Origin: Squatina squatina | Lineage: Eukaryota | Assembly (NCBI GenBank): GCA_031763465.1 | Contig: JARFOE010000192.1 | Span: 4,406,880-4,447,718 of the forward strand | Direction: 5' to 3' | DNA length: 40,839 nucleotides | Part shown: positions 1-13,686 of the stretch, piece by piece | How the letters are laid out: each line of letters begins with the position of its first letter | How positions within the stretch are numbered: the first letter of the stretch is position 1 | The notes under the pieces: model-generated | Told to the model about the DNA's origin: nothing | The model's input: the letters and a program-made list of their open reading frames with translations, nothing else | Databases searched by the model: none | Translations under genes and position numbers: made by a program

Positions 1-415
1 GCCATCAAGCAAGTGACGGACATCCTCTTTGCAAGGAGCGAGCAATGCATCACCTTCCTCAAGGAGCTGCTAATCAGGAGGTGGGGGGGGGGACCTCTCA
101 GATTTGCCCATATCGCTGGATTTCCCCAGGTATAAGGACTCACTGACTGCACACATGTTGCTCTGTGCTCTCCACTTCACGAACCAGCCATGTTTTATAA
201 CAGGAAGCGGTTCCACTCCTTGAATGTTCAGCTGGACAGTGACCACAGACAGCGAATAATGCAGGTCTGTGCCTGGCATCTTGGCAGTCGGTATGCCGCC
301 TTCACACTGTGCCAGTCCTCAATCTCCTCTTGTCTTCGACCCAGACCAGCAGGTGTCAGGCTGGCTCCTTGGAGTCTGGGGGTAATCCCATTACACCTGG
401 CACATGGCTCCTCGG
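1..415 (+). mobile_element. Degenerate PIF/Harbinger (HARBI1-like, DDE_Tnp_4) transposase fragment
   Basis: Frame 1 reads GFPQV*GLTDCTHVAL...FYNRKRFHSLNVQLDSDHRQRIMQVCAWHLGS, matching Harbinger motifs GFPxVxGxIDCTH, NRKGFHSxNVQL and PGSxHD. After a frameshift it reads GWLLGVWG*SHYTWHMAP (motif GWLLGDxGYPLxxWLMTP). In-frame TAA at 133-135. Confidence 0.9.
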
Positions 416-3400
416 AGTTACTCTACACTTTATATATAATGAATGCAGTAGGATAGTTTAGGCTTACGGGCAGATAATGTTCAATGCCAGCAAAACTATA
501 TAAATGAAGCTACTTTAATTATATCCTGTTCATCTTACACAATCACACAACATCCCAAGGATCACCACCCCCGTGGATTAAAATCATTGTGTCTTTATAC
601 CAGTGGGAATTTTTGACAAAACAAAAATCTTAATTAGGGATTTAACAAGAACAGCCTGGTCAATATTTTGGGTAAAATACAATTTACAAATGAACAGTAA
701 CTGCTGTACCAACCATCCCACAATCTTTAGACAAAGTCACGCTTCTGGCACTGCCTTAATTAGATTCAAACTTGGTTAAAAAGATACAGAATTACTACAT
801 CATATGTCCTACAATTCAAGTCCACCAACANNNNNNNNNNNNNNNNNNNNNNNNNNNNNNNNNNNNNNNNNNNNNNNNNNNNNNNNNNNNNNNNNNNNNN
901 NNNNNNNNNNNNNNNNNNNNNNNNNNNNNNACGTCCTTTTGATGGTAAGGTGCTAAAGCTGCAGAAAAATTAATCCAAATGTAGTCTCACCAATAATATG
1001 CATGAGGTTTGTGGTGCTGGATGAATATTCTGGAATTTTGCTTGATTACTTCTGGGGATCAGGGAATGATTATTCTTAACTGTCCCTCAGGAGCTTAAAT
1101 AGGTTGGGTAAAGTCCAAGACAGGTTAGATTGTATGTGGTCTGTGTTAATAGTGGGTTTGTTATGTATGTAGTGGGTATCTTTCTTATGTTCTGAAAAAA
1201 CAAGCAAGGGAAGGGAGAAATATGCATAAAATAAGACACTTTTGTACAAGTCTTTAAAAGGAACAATATAATTACCTTGTACGATATTTCCTCATCTTAG
1301 TAATTAAAGGATGAATTAGAAGATAAATCAGTGGTTCTAAAAATGGCAGAGGAAATGTCACTGCCCACAATACCTCATAAGGCTCGTTTCTCATCCTGAA
1401 AGCTACACTAGTTACCACTGCCAGCCTAACGCACATAAATCCAGCACGTCCTGTAATTCTTCATCATATCAACGGGAAGAGTTGTCATTCATTTATTGTC
1501 ACACATTCATTTTCTGTTTGACTGGTTGTCAGTAAAGTTGCAGGAGTTTGTGGCAGACTGATGGCTTTTATCTGAAAGAGTTTATCACAATGTCACAGGC
1601 ATCCCAGGCACCAGAGAAATAGCATATTTACAGCTGTGCCTGGCACAGCGGGATTAGGATTTAGAGTTAATGGCAAATCAGTCTGCCTCACAAATGGGCT
1701 TGAGGGCTCAAGAAATTCAGCATCTTTACGTGCTGCTTCAGTTAAGGGACTCAAGGCAATTTCATTTCAGTCATTTAATAAAACTATCATCTGCTTAAAA
1801 TTTAACCTAAGCTTACTCCCGTACCGCAGTGCGGGGTTACGCCGTTCCCGCCAGCAAGTGGGTCTAGGGCCCTCCTTGCCAGCACCGATGACGTCTTGGC
1901 CTTTCCTGGGGGCAGGCGNNNNNNNNNNNNNNNNNNNNNNNNNNNNNNNNNNNNNNNNNNNNNNNNNNNNNNNNNNNNNNNNNNNNNNNNNNNNNNNNNN
2001 NNNNNNNNNNNNNNNNNNAGAGGACGGAATCGGAGTCAGGGCGTACTCAAACTCCATATTGAGTCCGAGATAAACAAAAATGGAGTGTTAATAGTGAATA
2101 CTCTTTGATTCAAAGGCTCTGGGAATGTTTCACTTGCTCTGAGCAAAGGGAAGTTTTGAAAGCAACTGAACGGCATCAAAAAGGTAAAATGGCAATAGAA
2201 GTTGATGAAATGTAGGTCTACGGAATAAAAACAACCTTGCAGATCTTGCTTGCTACTTGCCGGCCTATGCTCAAACAACAGATCACTATGGAAGCATAAA
2301 TGATTCATTATTAGCCTTGTGCATTTCAAGGCTGTCTCTCTAAATCAACCTCAGTGCACGAATGCAGTGAACTCTTGTAATTAGCCAGCAGTTCAAACAT
2401 TACACAGAGTATGACATCAAGCATATTTCCAGAAGCAAGTCAGAAAGGACTTTCTCGGTAACTCACAAGAATCCTTGCACTGCTGACATATATCTGGCTT
2501 CTAAACCATATTCTGCTTAAAAGCTCCCTAGTAACTAAAATGACACCTAAAATTATATTCTTGCAGTGCTAATAAAGATACCAGCTAAAAACAAACAATT
2601 TGGAACACATGATAGCTTTGGATAATGAGCAGCAAAACTTGCGAAATTTCTCGACTCCATCCTTGGAAGGGCAATCAGCCACCCACAGAATGATGAAGAA
2701 ACATTACATTTTTGATCTTGACTGAAGTGAAGGAACTGAGATGTGCGCAAGCTGGCTTTAATGAATGCTTTATTTTCAATGTGAAGTTTGGAACCTCAAG
2801 AAGCACCTAAATCCCCCACCAACTCTGTTTGCAAGTGCACCCTCCCGTGTGGGTCTGAGAGCCTGTCAGATCAGAAAGCTCCCAGGTTCAAGCCACAGGC
2901 AGTGCTGAGCTCACCGTTCCCAATCGGTATGACAATCCAGGTGCTGCAATTGACCTCAGCACCTCTNNNNNNNNNNAGAAGATGGCCAGTGCACTTGCTC
3001 TTTATCACAAGCCACTCACTGCTACTGGAGAGTGGCACATTTGTGGACCGTGGGTGAGAACAGGATTGGGCTTGGTTGACTCTGAAGCATGCCAACGTCA
3101 AGCAGCCTGCCAACATTAACTGTCTCGGATCACATTTGAAGCATACTTACTTGGACGAGGTACAATAGAAGGAGCTGGCACCCCCCAAGCAGGGTCTGAC
3201 TGTGAACCAGCATCTTCAAGAGGGAGAAAACTGCAGGATTAAAAAAAAAAAGAAACCCCAAATAGACATGATGATAGATCATATGAAGCAGGAATAATAA
3301 AATCCAAGCAATCTGGAGATCATGTGGGTGTCTTGCTCATCATTTGGACCTCCGGCTTGGATTCAAAAATGTTTGCCACACCAATCAGTAACATCCATTA

Positions 3401-3699
3401 GATGCAAGAGCAACAGCAGTCAATCAGAGCAAACATACTCCATTTTCAAAAGCCCACATCTAGCCAGGTCCACACTTATGTCTTCTGATATAGCACAATG
3501 TCCCACTGGCACAGGAATTCAATTTTACAGGACTGGTAAAGGCCCGGCAGTTAAGAACAACTCTGCCAGCACTTCCAGCCAACCTCAGCCCCAAATGGCN
3601 NNNNNNNNNNNNNNNNNNNNNNNNNNNNNNNNNNNNNNNNNNNNNNNNNNNNNNNNNNNNNNNNNNNNNNNNNNNNNNNNNNNNNNNNNNNNNNNNNNN

Positions 3700-3905
3700 A
3701 TTCCTTTCTCGCTCGTGTACTTATCTAGCTTCCCCTTAAATGCATCTATACTACTTACCTCAACTACTCCCTGTGGTAGCTGGTTCCACATTCTAACTGT
3801 GCTCTGGGTAATTAAGTTTCTCCTGGATTCCTTATTGGATTTATTAGTGACTACCGCCCAAATGGAGACACCCTCCCTGTGTCTACCCTATCAAACCTCT
3901 TCATA
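3700..3905 (-). mobile_element. CR1-type LINE, 3' end of ORF2 fragment
   Basis: Minus-strand translation MWNQLPQGVVEVSSIDAFKGKLDKY is the typical CR1 ORF2 C-terminal WNxLPxxVV...FKxxLD motif. Confidence 0.85.
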
Positions 3906-4930
3906 AAGCCAACAAAATTAAAGCCATAATCGACAAATGGATACCACAACCACTAATTGTACCCATTTGAAGGCATGACAAAACAGACTTCAAATTTACA
4001 ATAAATCTTTAAAACAAACTTAAAATCTTCACTGAACAATAAATCTCACCAAAATTGACACAGTAGTACAGAGAAGAGATTTCATCGCTCACTCTCATTG
4101 GACTCGTGCCAGAGATAGGAGAAAATTAATTGGAAATAGCCATGTGGGGGTGTTTTTCACAGGAAGATGAAAGTAATGCAGTTCTGGCTCTAATTGTCCT
4201 CAACAAACAGTATCGCTAGTGATCAGATTGCTGACCTATAAAGGTTAATAAATGAGAAAGAGTGAAATGGATTGACCATTATTATTTTGCTGCAGTCAGA
4301 TTAATTTGTTCTGATTTTCTCTTTCTCAGTGCAGAGAAGATTCTGGGCATGTCATCAGGGAGCCTTGCACAAAAGCACTGAATGACATCCAATTCATCAA
4401 AAAGTAAGCAGGCTAATATTATTAACCAGCATACATCATGCTTACACCACAGAGTGTCAGTTTCCAGAGAACCACTCAATATTTTAGCAAGCAGTGGGCT
4501 CAGCTATGAATCGGCTACATATTGTCTCTTGTTATGTCGGTTACATCTGTTATTATTTAGACAGTTTTTTGCAGCACAACAATTTTCATTCCCCTTGGAT
4601 TGGATGGCTTATTTATTCCAAAAATAAATTTGGACAATTGTGTAGCCAACTTGTCTCATGAGCACAAAGTCTCGATTAGAATAAACTTCCTTGCTTTGTA
4701 AAAAAAAAATCTGTAACATGACTCTTGGCACAGCAGCAGGCAGGTTTAGTTGAAGAAGACCCGACAGACCTGTTACATTTTGAGGGTAGAAATTAGTCTG
4801 GGCCTGTTTCCATGTGAGCAGGCGCCCGAACCAAGATTTCGGATCATCTGTCTCACCGACTGTCTCAGGTACGTCCCGGGAGGGAGGAATTGGAGCATAC
4901 TCCAGGATGGAGTCTCACTACTGAATTAGT

Positions 4931-5003
4931 GGGCCTGAAATTGCGATGTCCCCGGGTGGGAACGATGTTCCCACGCGCCCGGGGAAACACCGCAAAAGCC
5001 AGT
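4931..5003 (+). mobile_element. End of a non-autonomous DNA transposon (Harbinger-type MITE), copy 1
   Basis: GGGCCTGAAATTGCGATGTCCCCGGGTGGGAACGATGTTCCCACGCGCCCGG closely matches the sequence starting at 34969. The GGG-starting terminus is typical of Harbinger TIRs (family call is inference). Runs into a gap. Confidence 0.6.
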
Positions 5004-6904
5004 NNNNNNNNNNNNNNNNNNNNNNNNNNNNNNNNNNNNNNNNNNNNNNNNNNNNNNNNNNNNNNNNNNNNNNNNNNNNNNNNNNNNNNNNNNNNNNNNN
5101 NNNCAACAGTAATTGCTTTGAATCACAATATCTAGTTTTAGTTTCAAAATAGGTTAAAAGGCGTAGGGGCATTTTTTTCTGTGTATTAATCTTAAAAAAA
5201 ACATAGATATGAATGTACATCAGAAAGCAGAAATGGACTTTTTTATTTTCACCACTACTCTGAGGCTTTCTCTCATTTATTAGTGCAAAACAACTCCACC
5301 TTTAACATCAAGCCTTCAGCTCCATATTAAAAAGAATCCAATTTTGTCTGTGTGAGTGTTTCTTTTTTGTTATTGATAAAAACTCGGACTTAACTTATCT
5401 TACTATTAATGTCCTTCATCTCTATGTAAGACAGAGTGACATTCTTACAAAGTCATGATACTGGATGTCCTCCCAGGTCTTCACAGTGGTTAACCAGAAC
5501 TGTGACGTACTCTTGTGTCCAATGCAAGTTTGTGGCTGACTAACACCCCATCCAATAGCTCATCACAGTTTTCAAGTGTGTTGTTAATATGTCATTCCCT
5601 GATCAGTAAAATGTCCTTTCCTAGGTTTTAATTGTGGTACTTTGAACAATGATTGCAGATTCCATAGCTGAATGAACAAATATTTGTCATGTATACTTGT
5701 TAAGTGGTAATTTTAAGTATGAAATGAGCACTAATACATTTGCATCATAATTGGCTAGTTTTCTTTCCTGCCTGTTGATAGAGTGGTAAGACATAAAGTT
5801 ATCGGAAGAAAAATAGTGCATGACCATTATTGTGATTTCCATCCTTTGAAACCAATGAAAAACGACAATTAATCCTCGATTCTAAAAAGTGGGAAAAATG
5901 GCCCAAATTTTTCCAGAGTCAAAAACCAGGTGTGGAAGAGGGTTTTTTTAAAAAATCGGAATAAATTGTGAAGTGAAAAAGGAAAATAAAATTGTGAGAG
6001 TCCAGAATCTGTGTCATTTCTCATTTCTCTTTCACTGTTTTGTTCTTTTTGAGACTTCTTCATGATCATTCTTCACAGACACAGATTTTTTTTCTGTTTT
6101 ATTTTCCACATATGCAAAACAGCCATGTTGGAAAGCAGCTCTGAGCATTTGGAGTCGGAAAAACTACATCACATCAGTGCACATCGGGCTCCGTTTTATA
6201 TATTTCACTCATGTAAACAAAAGCCACATCCCGCGATAGGTTGTGTATATCTGCTTCAGTTCTACTCAGGGGAATACTTGAGGCAGATATAAAGGAGGTG
6301 GGAATTCAAACTGTTTACAGCCACCTCAGGTTCGCTTTGACTCCTTCACAGTTCACAGTAATGAGAAAGAAAACTCAGCCTCGACCTCATCTCTCTAAAT
6401 TTCAAGATGGCAGATCTGAGGTTCAGTCACTTCAGAAGATGCTGATTCGCTTTCCCATGACCTACACTTTCCATCTGATGTCCAGCACAATCTCCAACAG
6501 CAATTATTTATTATATGTTATTTATTATACAGGTCAACTCCAGTTCTGCTCTTGCCACCAGAGGCAACCTTGTAGTTTCAGGAGGGGCATCAATATTTTC
6601 CANNNNNNNNNNCTGGAGACTGTACTCTACATGTGATATCATACATGTTTTATAGATCATCAATATCATTGTCTTGGACTTGTAAGGGAAGAGTGCTCCT
6701 TCATGCATGTTTTAAGTACTCTAAATGGAGAATAGCAACACATATACATTTGATGTATAAAAGTTCTACCAAAAGAGTAATAATAAAGTAAATGATTTTT
6801 TTCAGTAGTCATTGTACATCTAAAAAAACTCCACAGATATGCAAATAATTCCTGTACCCAGCCTGTCAAGTGAAGACCCATTGCAATGAGAGTGTTTGGC
6901 TTAC

Positions 6905-7010
6905 CTTAGTGCTGTTCAGCCTGCATTTGTGTGTTCCTCCAAACCATCCTTCAGTTGAACACTGGTCAATGTCCACATTCTGCAGATTTATGTCAACTCT
7001 AACCACACCC
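6905..7010 (-). CDS. Exon 2 of GPR158/GPR179-family class C GPCR (GPR158-like)
   Basis: 106-nt exon with acceptor tttttcttccag and donor AAG|gtaagc. Translates (R)GVVRVDINLQNVDIDQCSTEGWFGGTHKCRLNSTK, versus remembered human GPR158 RGVMKVDINLQKVDIDQCSSDGWFSGTHKCHLNNSE. Confidence 0.93.
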
Positions 7011-9599
7011 CTGGAAGAAAAATAAGACTATTAATCATCACAAGTAGATGGGGAGTATTACTGGTTAGCACATAACTGACCAATCAAGATGAATGCAGAT
7101 AGTGACCTGAGTCAGTGCCCAGAAAGATGTAATTAATTCTACAAGGTTTGAACCATTCTCCAGTGGATAATTTTCGCCTCCTTTAAAGGGTTTGTTAANN
7201 NNNNNNNNGCTGCAGTATAGTTGTGCTGGAACAAGAAATGTGACGAAGTGGGCTCATGCGTGCAAATTCCCCACACAGTAGGGCCCACAAAAATAAAAGA
7301 CAAAAATGGTTTGGGTCCATTTTTTGAGTGGCCTCCAGCAGTTCCTTTAAGGACCATTGCTTAGACTGCTCAACATCGCTAAAAGTAGGTGGCATATACG
7401 TGGCACATGGTCCAGTTAATTGTACATCAAAATTACAATTGGAGGTTCTATGCACACTTTAGGACCCGGATTTGCATGTTTAAAGCGATCTTCTGCCTGA
7501 AAGAGAGTGGCACTCTGGCTGCCCATCCAAAGACCCCTACCAAGTTGGTGGCGGTAAGACCCCAACCTAAATGAAATGATAAGTTACATGACGGCATTTT
7601 CAGGCTGNNNNNNNNNNNNNNNNNNNNNNNNNNNNNNNNNNNNNNNNNNNNNNNNNNNNNNNNNNNNNNNNNNNNNNNNNNNNNNNNNNNNNNNNNNNNN
7701 NNNNNNNCAGCCACCTAAATACAAGTGCCTGATGTCTGTGCATTTTCGCAGTTACTGCTCCATGTCATGTAGGGAATTTTCCTGGATATATCTCAGGGAC
7801 TTTTATCAAATTCCTATACATCTGGAGTATTCTAATCACACTACTGTCACCAATTCACAAGGGACAGTTTTTAGTAAGCAGCTAATGTGGGTCAGACTCA
7901 GTTTCTATCTGCTTCATTGCTTTTCAATTTCCCTTGCTAATTTCATTCAGACAAGGATATAATTGTGTCTATTTTGCTTGTAGGGGTGATCTTAATCATA
8001 CCTCAGCTCATGGTTATTGTCAGGAGTGAAATAAACCTATGTGGCTCAGAACATGGAGGAATTAATGTCGAGAAATCTGTCCCAAAACCTACTGAGCATA
8101 TTGAGGTAAATTTACCGATTCCACACTCTCAGCTCGAGCCCACTCAAAGGGAGGATAGGTAAGAGAATCGCTACCACAGTGCTGTAGCCCTATCTACGAT
8201 CGACATTCCCTTAAAGCACTTCTTTTTGTTAGGGGTACAGTATCCAATGCTTCTGCTGCCCCTCCAGATCTGCTGAAACACGAGATTTTAGTGGGTGGGC
8301 TACTATTCAGTGCAAGTGCAAGTGGTGACACTAGTGTACTTTGCTGCCTGGTCATATTGTGCCCACTGTTTCCTGCACACCATCTGTATAGAGCAGAAGG
8401 TACATTAAGAGTCTATTAGTACNNNNNNNNNNNNNNNNNNNNNNNNNNNNNNNNNNNNNNNNNNNNNNNNNNNNNNNNNNNNNNNNNNNNNNNNNNNNNN
8501 NNNNNNNNNNNNNNNNNNNNNNCCTGCAAATGAACCAAAGGCGCATTAAATGGGGCACTGCCCCCTTTACACTGGCTGCTCGCTCCGTTTGTGCCTGAAC
8601 TGTACTTAAGGACATGAGATTGTTCCACTGTAACTGATCACATCTAGAATGGAAATCGGCTGCTAATGGTTTCAACCGCGGTTACGTCATCTCATGGAGC
8701 CCATTCATATCTGTAAAATGCAGAAATAGTAAACAATCTACCAAAGCGTGCAAGTTCGATATTTGACAATTATTAAGATGGAATAAACCGAGACATTCTG
8801 CTATGAATGAAATACAGCTTTCACAGTCCCCACAAACACAGACACGTCTCCAATTGGGTAGACAGTCGGCTTTCCCCTTTCCATGAAATGAATTTAAAGA
8901 GTTTTTTTTTAAAAAGGTGAAGGAGCGGTCATGACCCTCCAAGGCTCCACCACGTTTCCTGCGGACCCCACCTCCCCCAGCCACACGAGCTCAGCTGGTC
9001 TTTTCTGTTATTTGNNNNNNNNNNTGAGGCAAACGCGTCCAAGTGTGCGAGATGGTGCCTTTTGACTATCGGAACTTACTATACTATCTGTTCCGGTATA
9101 GAAGCGTCTCTTTTCCTTGCACTCTTACATTCCGCGTATAAAAGGGCAGTTCACTCAAGGAACACTTTCCCGAACTTTTTTCATTTTCCCGAAATTGTTA
9201 TGTCTGACCAACAAGACCCCCGCCGCCGAAAAACAAGCAACCAGATCAAATCTCTGGTTAAATTCTTAGATCAGTGAAACAGGCAGTAAACTAACTTCTT
9301 ACATGATTTTGAGGATTTGGAGATGTGTACAGCTGATGCCTAAAAGATGATCAAACCTTTGTGAAATAACTGTGGNNNNNNNNNNNNNNNNNNNNNNNNN
9401 NNNNNNNNNNNNNNNNNNNNNNNNNNNNNNNNNNNNNNNNNNNNNNNNNNNNNNNNNNNNNNNNNNNNNNNNNNNNNNNNNNNNNNNNNNNNNNNNNNNN
9501 NNNNNNNNNNNNNNNNNNNNNNNNNNNNNNNNNNNNNNNNNNNNNNNNNNNNNNNNNNNNNNNNNNNNNNNNNNNNNNNNNNNNNNNNNNNNNNNNNNN

Positions 9600-10039
9600 T
9601 CCATCAGCAACCTCCTGTGAAGATCAGAAGCTGGCAAACGCTGCTGCTTGAGTCGGTTGAACCACTCGGTCTCGGCAGTGAGGTTGGCCAGGTGACGAGC
9701 GGTGAGGGACAGATCTTGCAGGAAGATCTGGTTGTCTATCCTGGTGGCCTGTAGAAGCACCTGAGGAGGGGAAGTGAACGGCTGAACATCGAAAGTCACC
9801 ACCGCTCGATGGACTTTGGGGTCGCCCTCCAGAATACTTCTGACCAGGGCATGATACCACTCAATATCCTCTTTAATGGTCATCTCCCGCACCCCGTTGG
9901 TTTGTAAGATCATATTTAAGAAATTGGTGGCATGGACAACTGTGTCCACGGCACTGNNNNNNNNNNCAGTTAGCATAGCCAAGCTTGGAAGGATCCCCAG
10001 TATGAAGGAAAGCCCAGACAGGAGTGGGCAGACTGTCAT
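9600..10039 (-). CDS. Exon 1 (partial, gapped) of GPR158/GPR179-family GPCR: signal peptide and Cache-type ectodomain
   Basis: ATG at 10039 starts a hydrophobic signal-like peptide MTVCPLLSGLSFILGILPSLA. After a 10-N gap it reads HATNFLNMILQTN..REMTIKEDIEWYHALVRSILEGDPKVHRA...QATRIDNQIFLQDLS...HLANLTAETEWF, the GPR158/179 ectodomain signature. The 3' end of the exon is lost in the gap at 9376-9599. Confidence 0.92.
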
Positions 10040-10301
10040 GTTGCTGATGTGTGTTGCTGCGGCTGCCGCCGCCGCTCTCGGAAGATTTGATCGCATTTGA
10101 TGGGTTCGGGGACTCGTGGGTGTTGATGTGCCTGTTGTAAATAGGCTGCTTCTCATAGTTGCCCACTTTCTCCCTCTGTTGCGCGGAACGTCCGCCCAAA
10201 CNNNNNNNNNNNNNNNNNNNNNNNNNNNNNNNNNNNNNNNNNNNNNNNNNNNNNNNNNNNNNNNNNNNNNNNNNNNNNNNNNNNNNNNNNNNNNNNNNNN
10301 N

Positions 10302-11040
10302 AAATTCTCTCAGCAGAATCTCATCCCTAGTTCTACCTATGTCGTTGGTTCCTACATGGACCACGACAACTGGATCCTCCCCCTCCCACTCCAAATTCTT
10401 CTCCAGCCATGGAGATATCCTTAACTCTGCCACCGAGCAGGCAACACAGTCGAGGCTGCAGAGAACAGTTTCTTTCCCCCTGAGTATACTGGCCCACTAC
10501 AACATTCCTTTTATCTCCTCCCACTTGAATGGTCTCATGTACCACAATGCCGTGGTCAGTTTGCTCATCCACCCTGTAGATTCTTCCNNNNNNNNNNCTC
10601 TAGGGAATATAGGCCTAGTCTCCTCTATCTCTCCTCATTCTCCTCGACACCCGCATGCACGCACATGGTCGGTTTGCTCATCCACCCCGCAGACTTTGAC
10701 CTCATTGACCTTGTACCTGTTGGAGCACTCCTCCAGCACTGCACCTGGGGTCCCCTTACCTGCCTGAGTCACAGTCACACCCTCCTGTCCCTGACCACTA
10801 ACCAGACCTGTATCACCATCTAACCTAAGGGTGTGACTGCTTCCTGGATCAAAGTGTCCAGGTAACTCTCCCGCTTTGTGATGCTTTGTAATATCTGCAC
10901 ATTGGACTCCAGTTTAACAACCTAAAGATGAAGTTCATCGAGACGCAGGCACTTACTGCAGACGTGGTCGTCCGGGATCGCAATGCTCTCCACAAACTTC
11001 CCTATGCTGCAGTTGCGACACACCACCTGCACTGCCATCC
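10302..11040 (-). mobile_element. CR1-type LINE ORF1 remnant (zinc finger plus SGNH esterase)
   Basis: The minus strand gives VCRNC...HVCSKC (CxxC..CxxC) near 10930-11025 and EDPVVVVHVGTNDIG (SGNH esterase block of CR1 ORF1) near 10340-10380. Confidence 0.82.
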
Positions 11041-11559
11041 CTATATAACCTTGTTTTATTTATTTAATTAATTAGCGTTGATGTATTTAATTAACTTAGC
11101 TTATAGGCTCTCCAGTGAGTTGGTAGAAGAAGTTAGTATTGATTCACTCAACTGCAAAAGTGATAAATAACTTTCAGAAAATAACATTCTGGAATACAGT
11201 TTGAGTAATCTGAGATGTCATTTGTGGCAAGTGTAGCAGGCTTGAGGTGAACAGGTGACTTTGGACCTATGGTTCCTAAAGCTCTCCACCACTGGGGTCT
11301 TTCATGTGTCTTGTCTGGTTTTGTTGTAGACTAATTGATAGAGATTGATCACTATGATTAGTCAACAACATTCATTATCATTGTATCATGCGACTACCAG
11401 GATGGTTACTACAAGATTACTCAATGGATCTTGGTCTTTTGTCANNNNNNNNNNNNNNNNNNNNNNNNNNNNNNNNNNNNNNNNNNNNNNNNNNNNNNNN
11501 NNNNNNNNNNNNNNNNNNNNNNNNNNNNNNNNNNNNNNNNNNNNTGTATAAATGAATGA

Positions 11560-12360
11560 AAACATTTTGGGAGCCCAATTGGCCTGCCTGCCAATTGGGT
11601 GCTGCATTTGGGATCCTTTAGCCCCGAGTGTGTCCCACTTGCAGCAGGACACATCTTGATGGCATTCGGGTCTTTGAAGCAGTTTCAGGCCAGCATAACG
11701 TGGCAACGCCGAATCAGCGTTGCCATGGAGCTGATCCGGCGCTAACTCGGCCAATGCCGCGTCACAGCCATGGTGCGTCAGCAGCGTGACGCGGGCCACG
11801 CTGCTGGCGCAACTGTGCATTCGCGAGCCATGGCCCTGCCCCCAAGGATCACAAGTGTGCTGAACAGAAGTGGGTCGAGGGCCAGCAGGTACATTTCAGA
11901 AATGTTTTGAGGGTGTCGGCCCGTCAGAGTGTGTGCCGGCAGGGGTTGGGGGTTGGGGGGTGGGGGGGGAGAGAGGGTTTGTCAGGCTTCATCTACCGCC
12001 ACTCATCAGCCAACAATAACGTCGGCGGATGAGAAAAGATGGCGGACAACAGCGCAGGCCACGTGCCTTTAAGAGCCTTTTGCACATTCAGGGGAAACTT
12101 GTCGGAGTCAGTGCGAGTGGCGCCAGGGGTTGTTGGGAGGAGGCCAGCTCCAATTCTGGAGGCTGTGGCCCCGCAGTGTACAGGGGGGTCGTGGGCAGGC
12201 GGCGAGGGGTCGGTGCGTGATGTGACCAGCGGTGGGGCATTTACACCACCAGCACCCAAGACACAATTCTGCTTTTTAGGCCTGTACGCTGATTTCATGC
12301 CCGGATTGCACCGCTAATCGGCGCAATCCGGCCGTGAGGTCAGACGAATTGGGCATCCCA
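11560..12360. mobile_element. GC-rich decayed DNA-transposon-like repeat (probably Harbinger-related)
   Basis: Abrupt GC/CpG-rich island with internal inverted repeats (TGGCAACGC..GCGTTGCCA at 11701-11725) and no recognisable gene. Family assignment is inference. Confidence 0.4.
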
Positions 12361-13686
12361 GATCTTTGGCACACTCAGGCTCATCAAAACCTGTCAGTTC
12401 AGGGTATATGCTCCTAATACTGTGACAGCTTTTTGCTGTTTACATTGGTTTGATTAAAAAAGACTGAAAACTCCCCCTAGACTGCTCTTTTGACACTTGA
12501 AAAATGAGATAGTTAAAAAGTATTTTTTTTTAAACATTCTACATGACAGTTTTTCAATCAGTACAAATCAAAATCAACAGAACAAATAATTTGAATACCA
12601 ATGAAAGTTGCAGTCTAGGACACAACATCTGCTCAACCAGTCAACATTTATTTCTCTTACAGCCAAATCGATTTGCTCAATACATGACAGGCCCCACTGT
12701 AGCAAAAATGTTTACAAAGACTGTCAACAAATCTGGCAGGAAATAAAAAAAGGAGCATAAACAATTACACCTACTCAACACACTGCATTTGTGCTGCAGG
12801 AGACAGTAAAGGGTATAGACTGGATGTGCACTATTAATTAATCAAACTCATTTCACAAAGGAAATCCACTTTAGGTGATTCCATGATCTGGTACTTCCAG
12901 CAGGGCGCAGTGTTAGGAACGCTAGCAGGAAAGGTTTTATTAAAGGATTCATTTATGATCAGGGCTCCATTTTGTAGTTAACATTTTTACAGAATCTGTT
13001 GTAACAGGTTGTATCTGTAGACTGTACTGACTGTCGTCAAAGAAGATAGCTTTGTCTTATCTTCTAATGGATATATATTTGTTTGGCACAATATGTTTAC
13101 CTTTTCAGTACTAGTAAGGACAGCTTTTGTTATGCTGAGTTCAGTGCTGTAAAACCAAGGCTGAAGGTCATGGAGGACATGAATGGCCTTTTAGCTGACC
13201 TCAAAATAGTAAGGGCATTGTAAGGAAGTTAGGGCTAATCACCCTGTGACTAAAGTCAGCAACAATAATGCGAGGTCTCCCACAGCCTCCGCATCATTGT
13301 GTGTTGTCTGCGAGTATCATTTCCCATAGTAAATTCTATAAACAAAGGCTCAGCATCCAGAANNNNNNNNNNNNNNNNNNNNNNNNNNNNNNNNNNNNNN
13401 NNNNNNNNNNNNNNNNNNNNNNNNNNNNNNNNNNNNNNNNNNNNNNNNNNNNNNNNNNNNNNTGTTACACAGTGGATGAAGGTGGTTTAAAGGTCACAAA
13501 CCAAAACATAACAGGATTCCACTTAAATGTGCTCCAGCAGCATCCAATCACACAGCAGGATGTACAGTAAATTTGTGTTCTTAAAATTTAGCAGAAAACA
13601 TACAAGCAGCTTTCAACCCATCATTCCACAACCCTTGGATCGTAATGAGTCAAGAAGTTACAGGTGACTATCAAGGCATACATAAC

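Noticed and set aside
11701-11795. Hairpins and an X-box-like GTTGCCATGG as a structured RNA or enhancer
   Set aside because: They lie inside a GC-rich transposon-like block, where internal palindromes are common.
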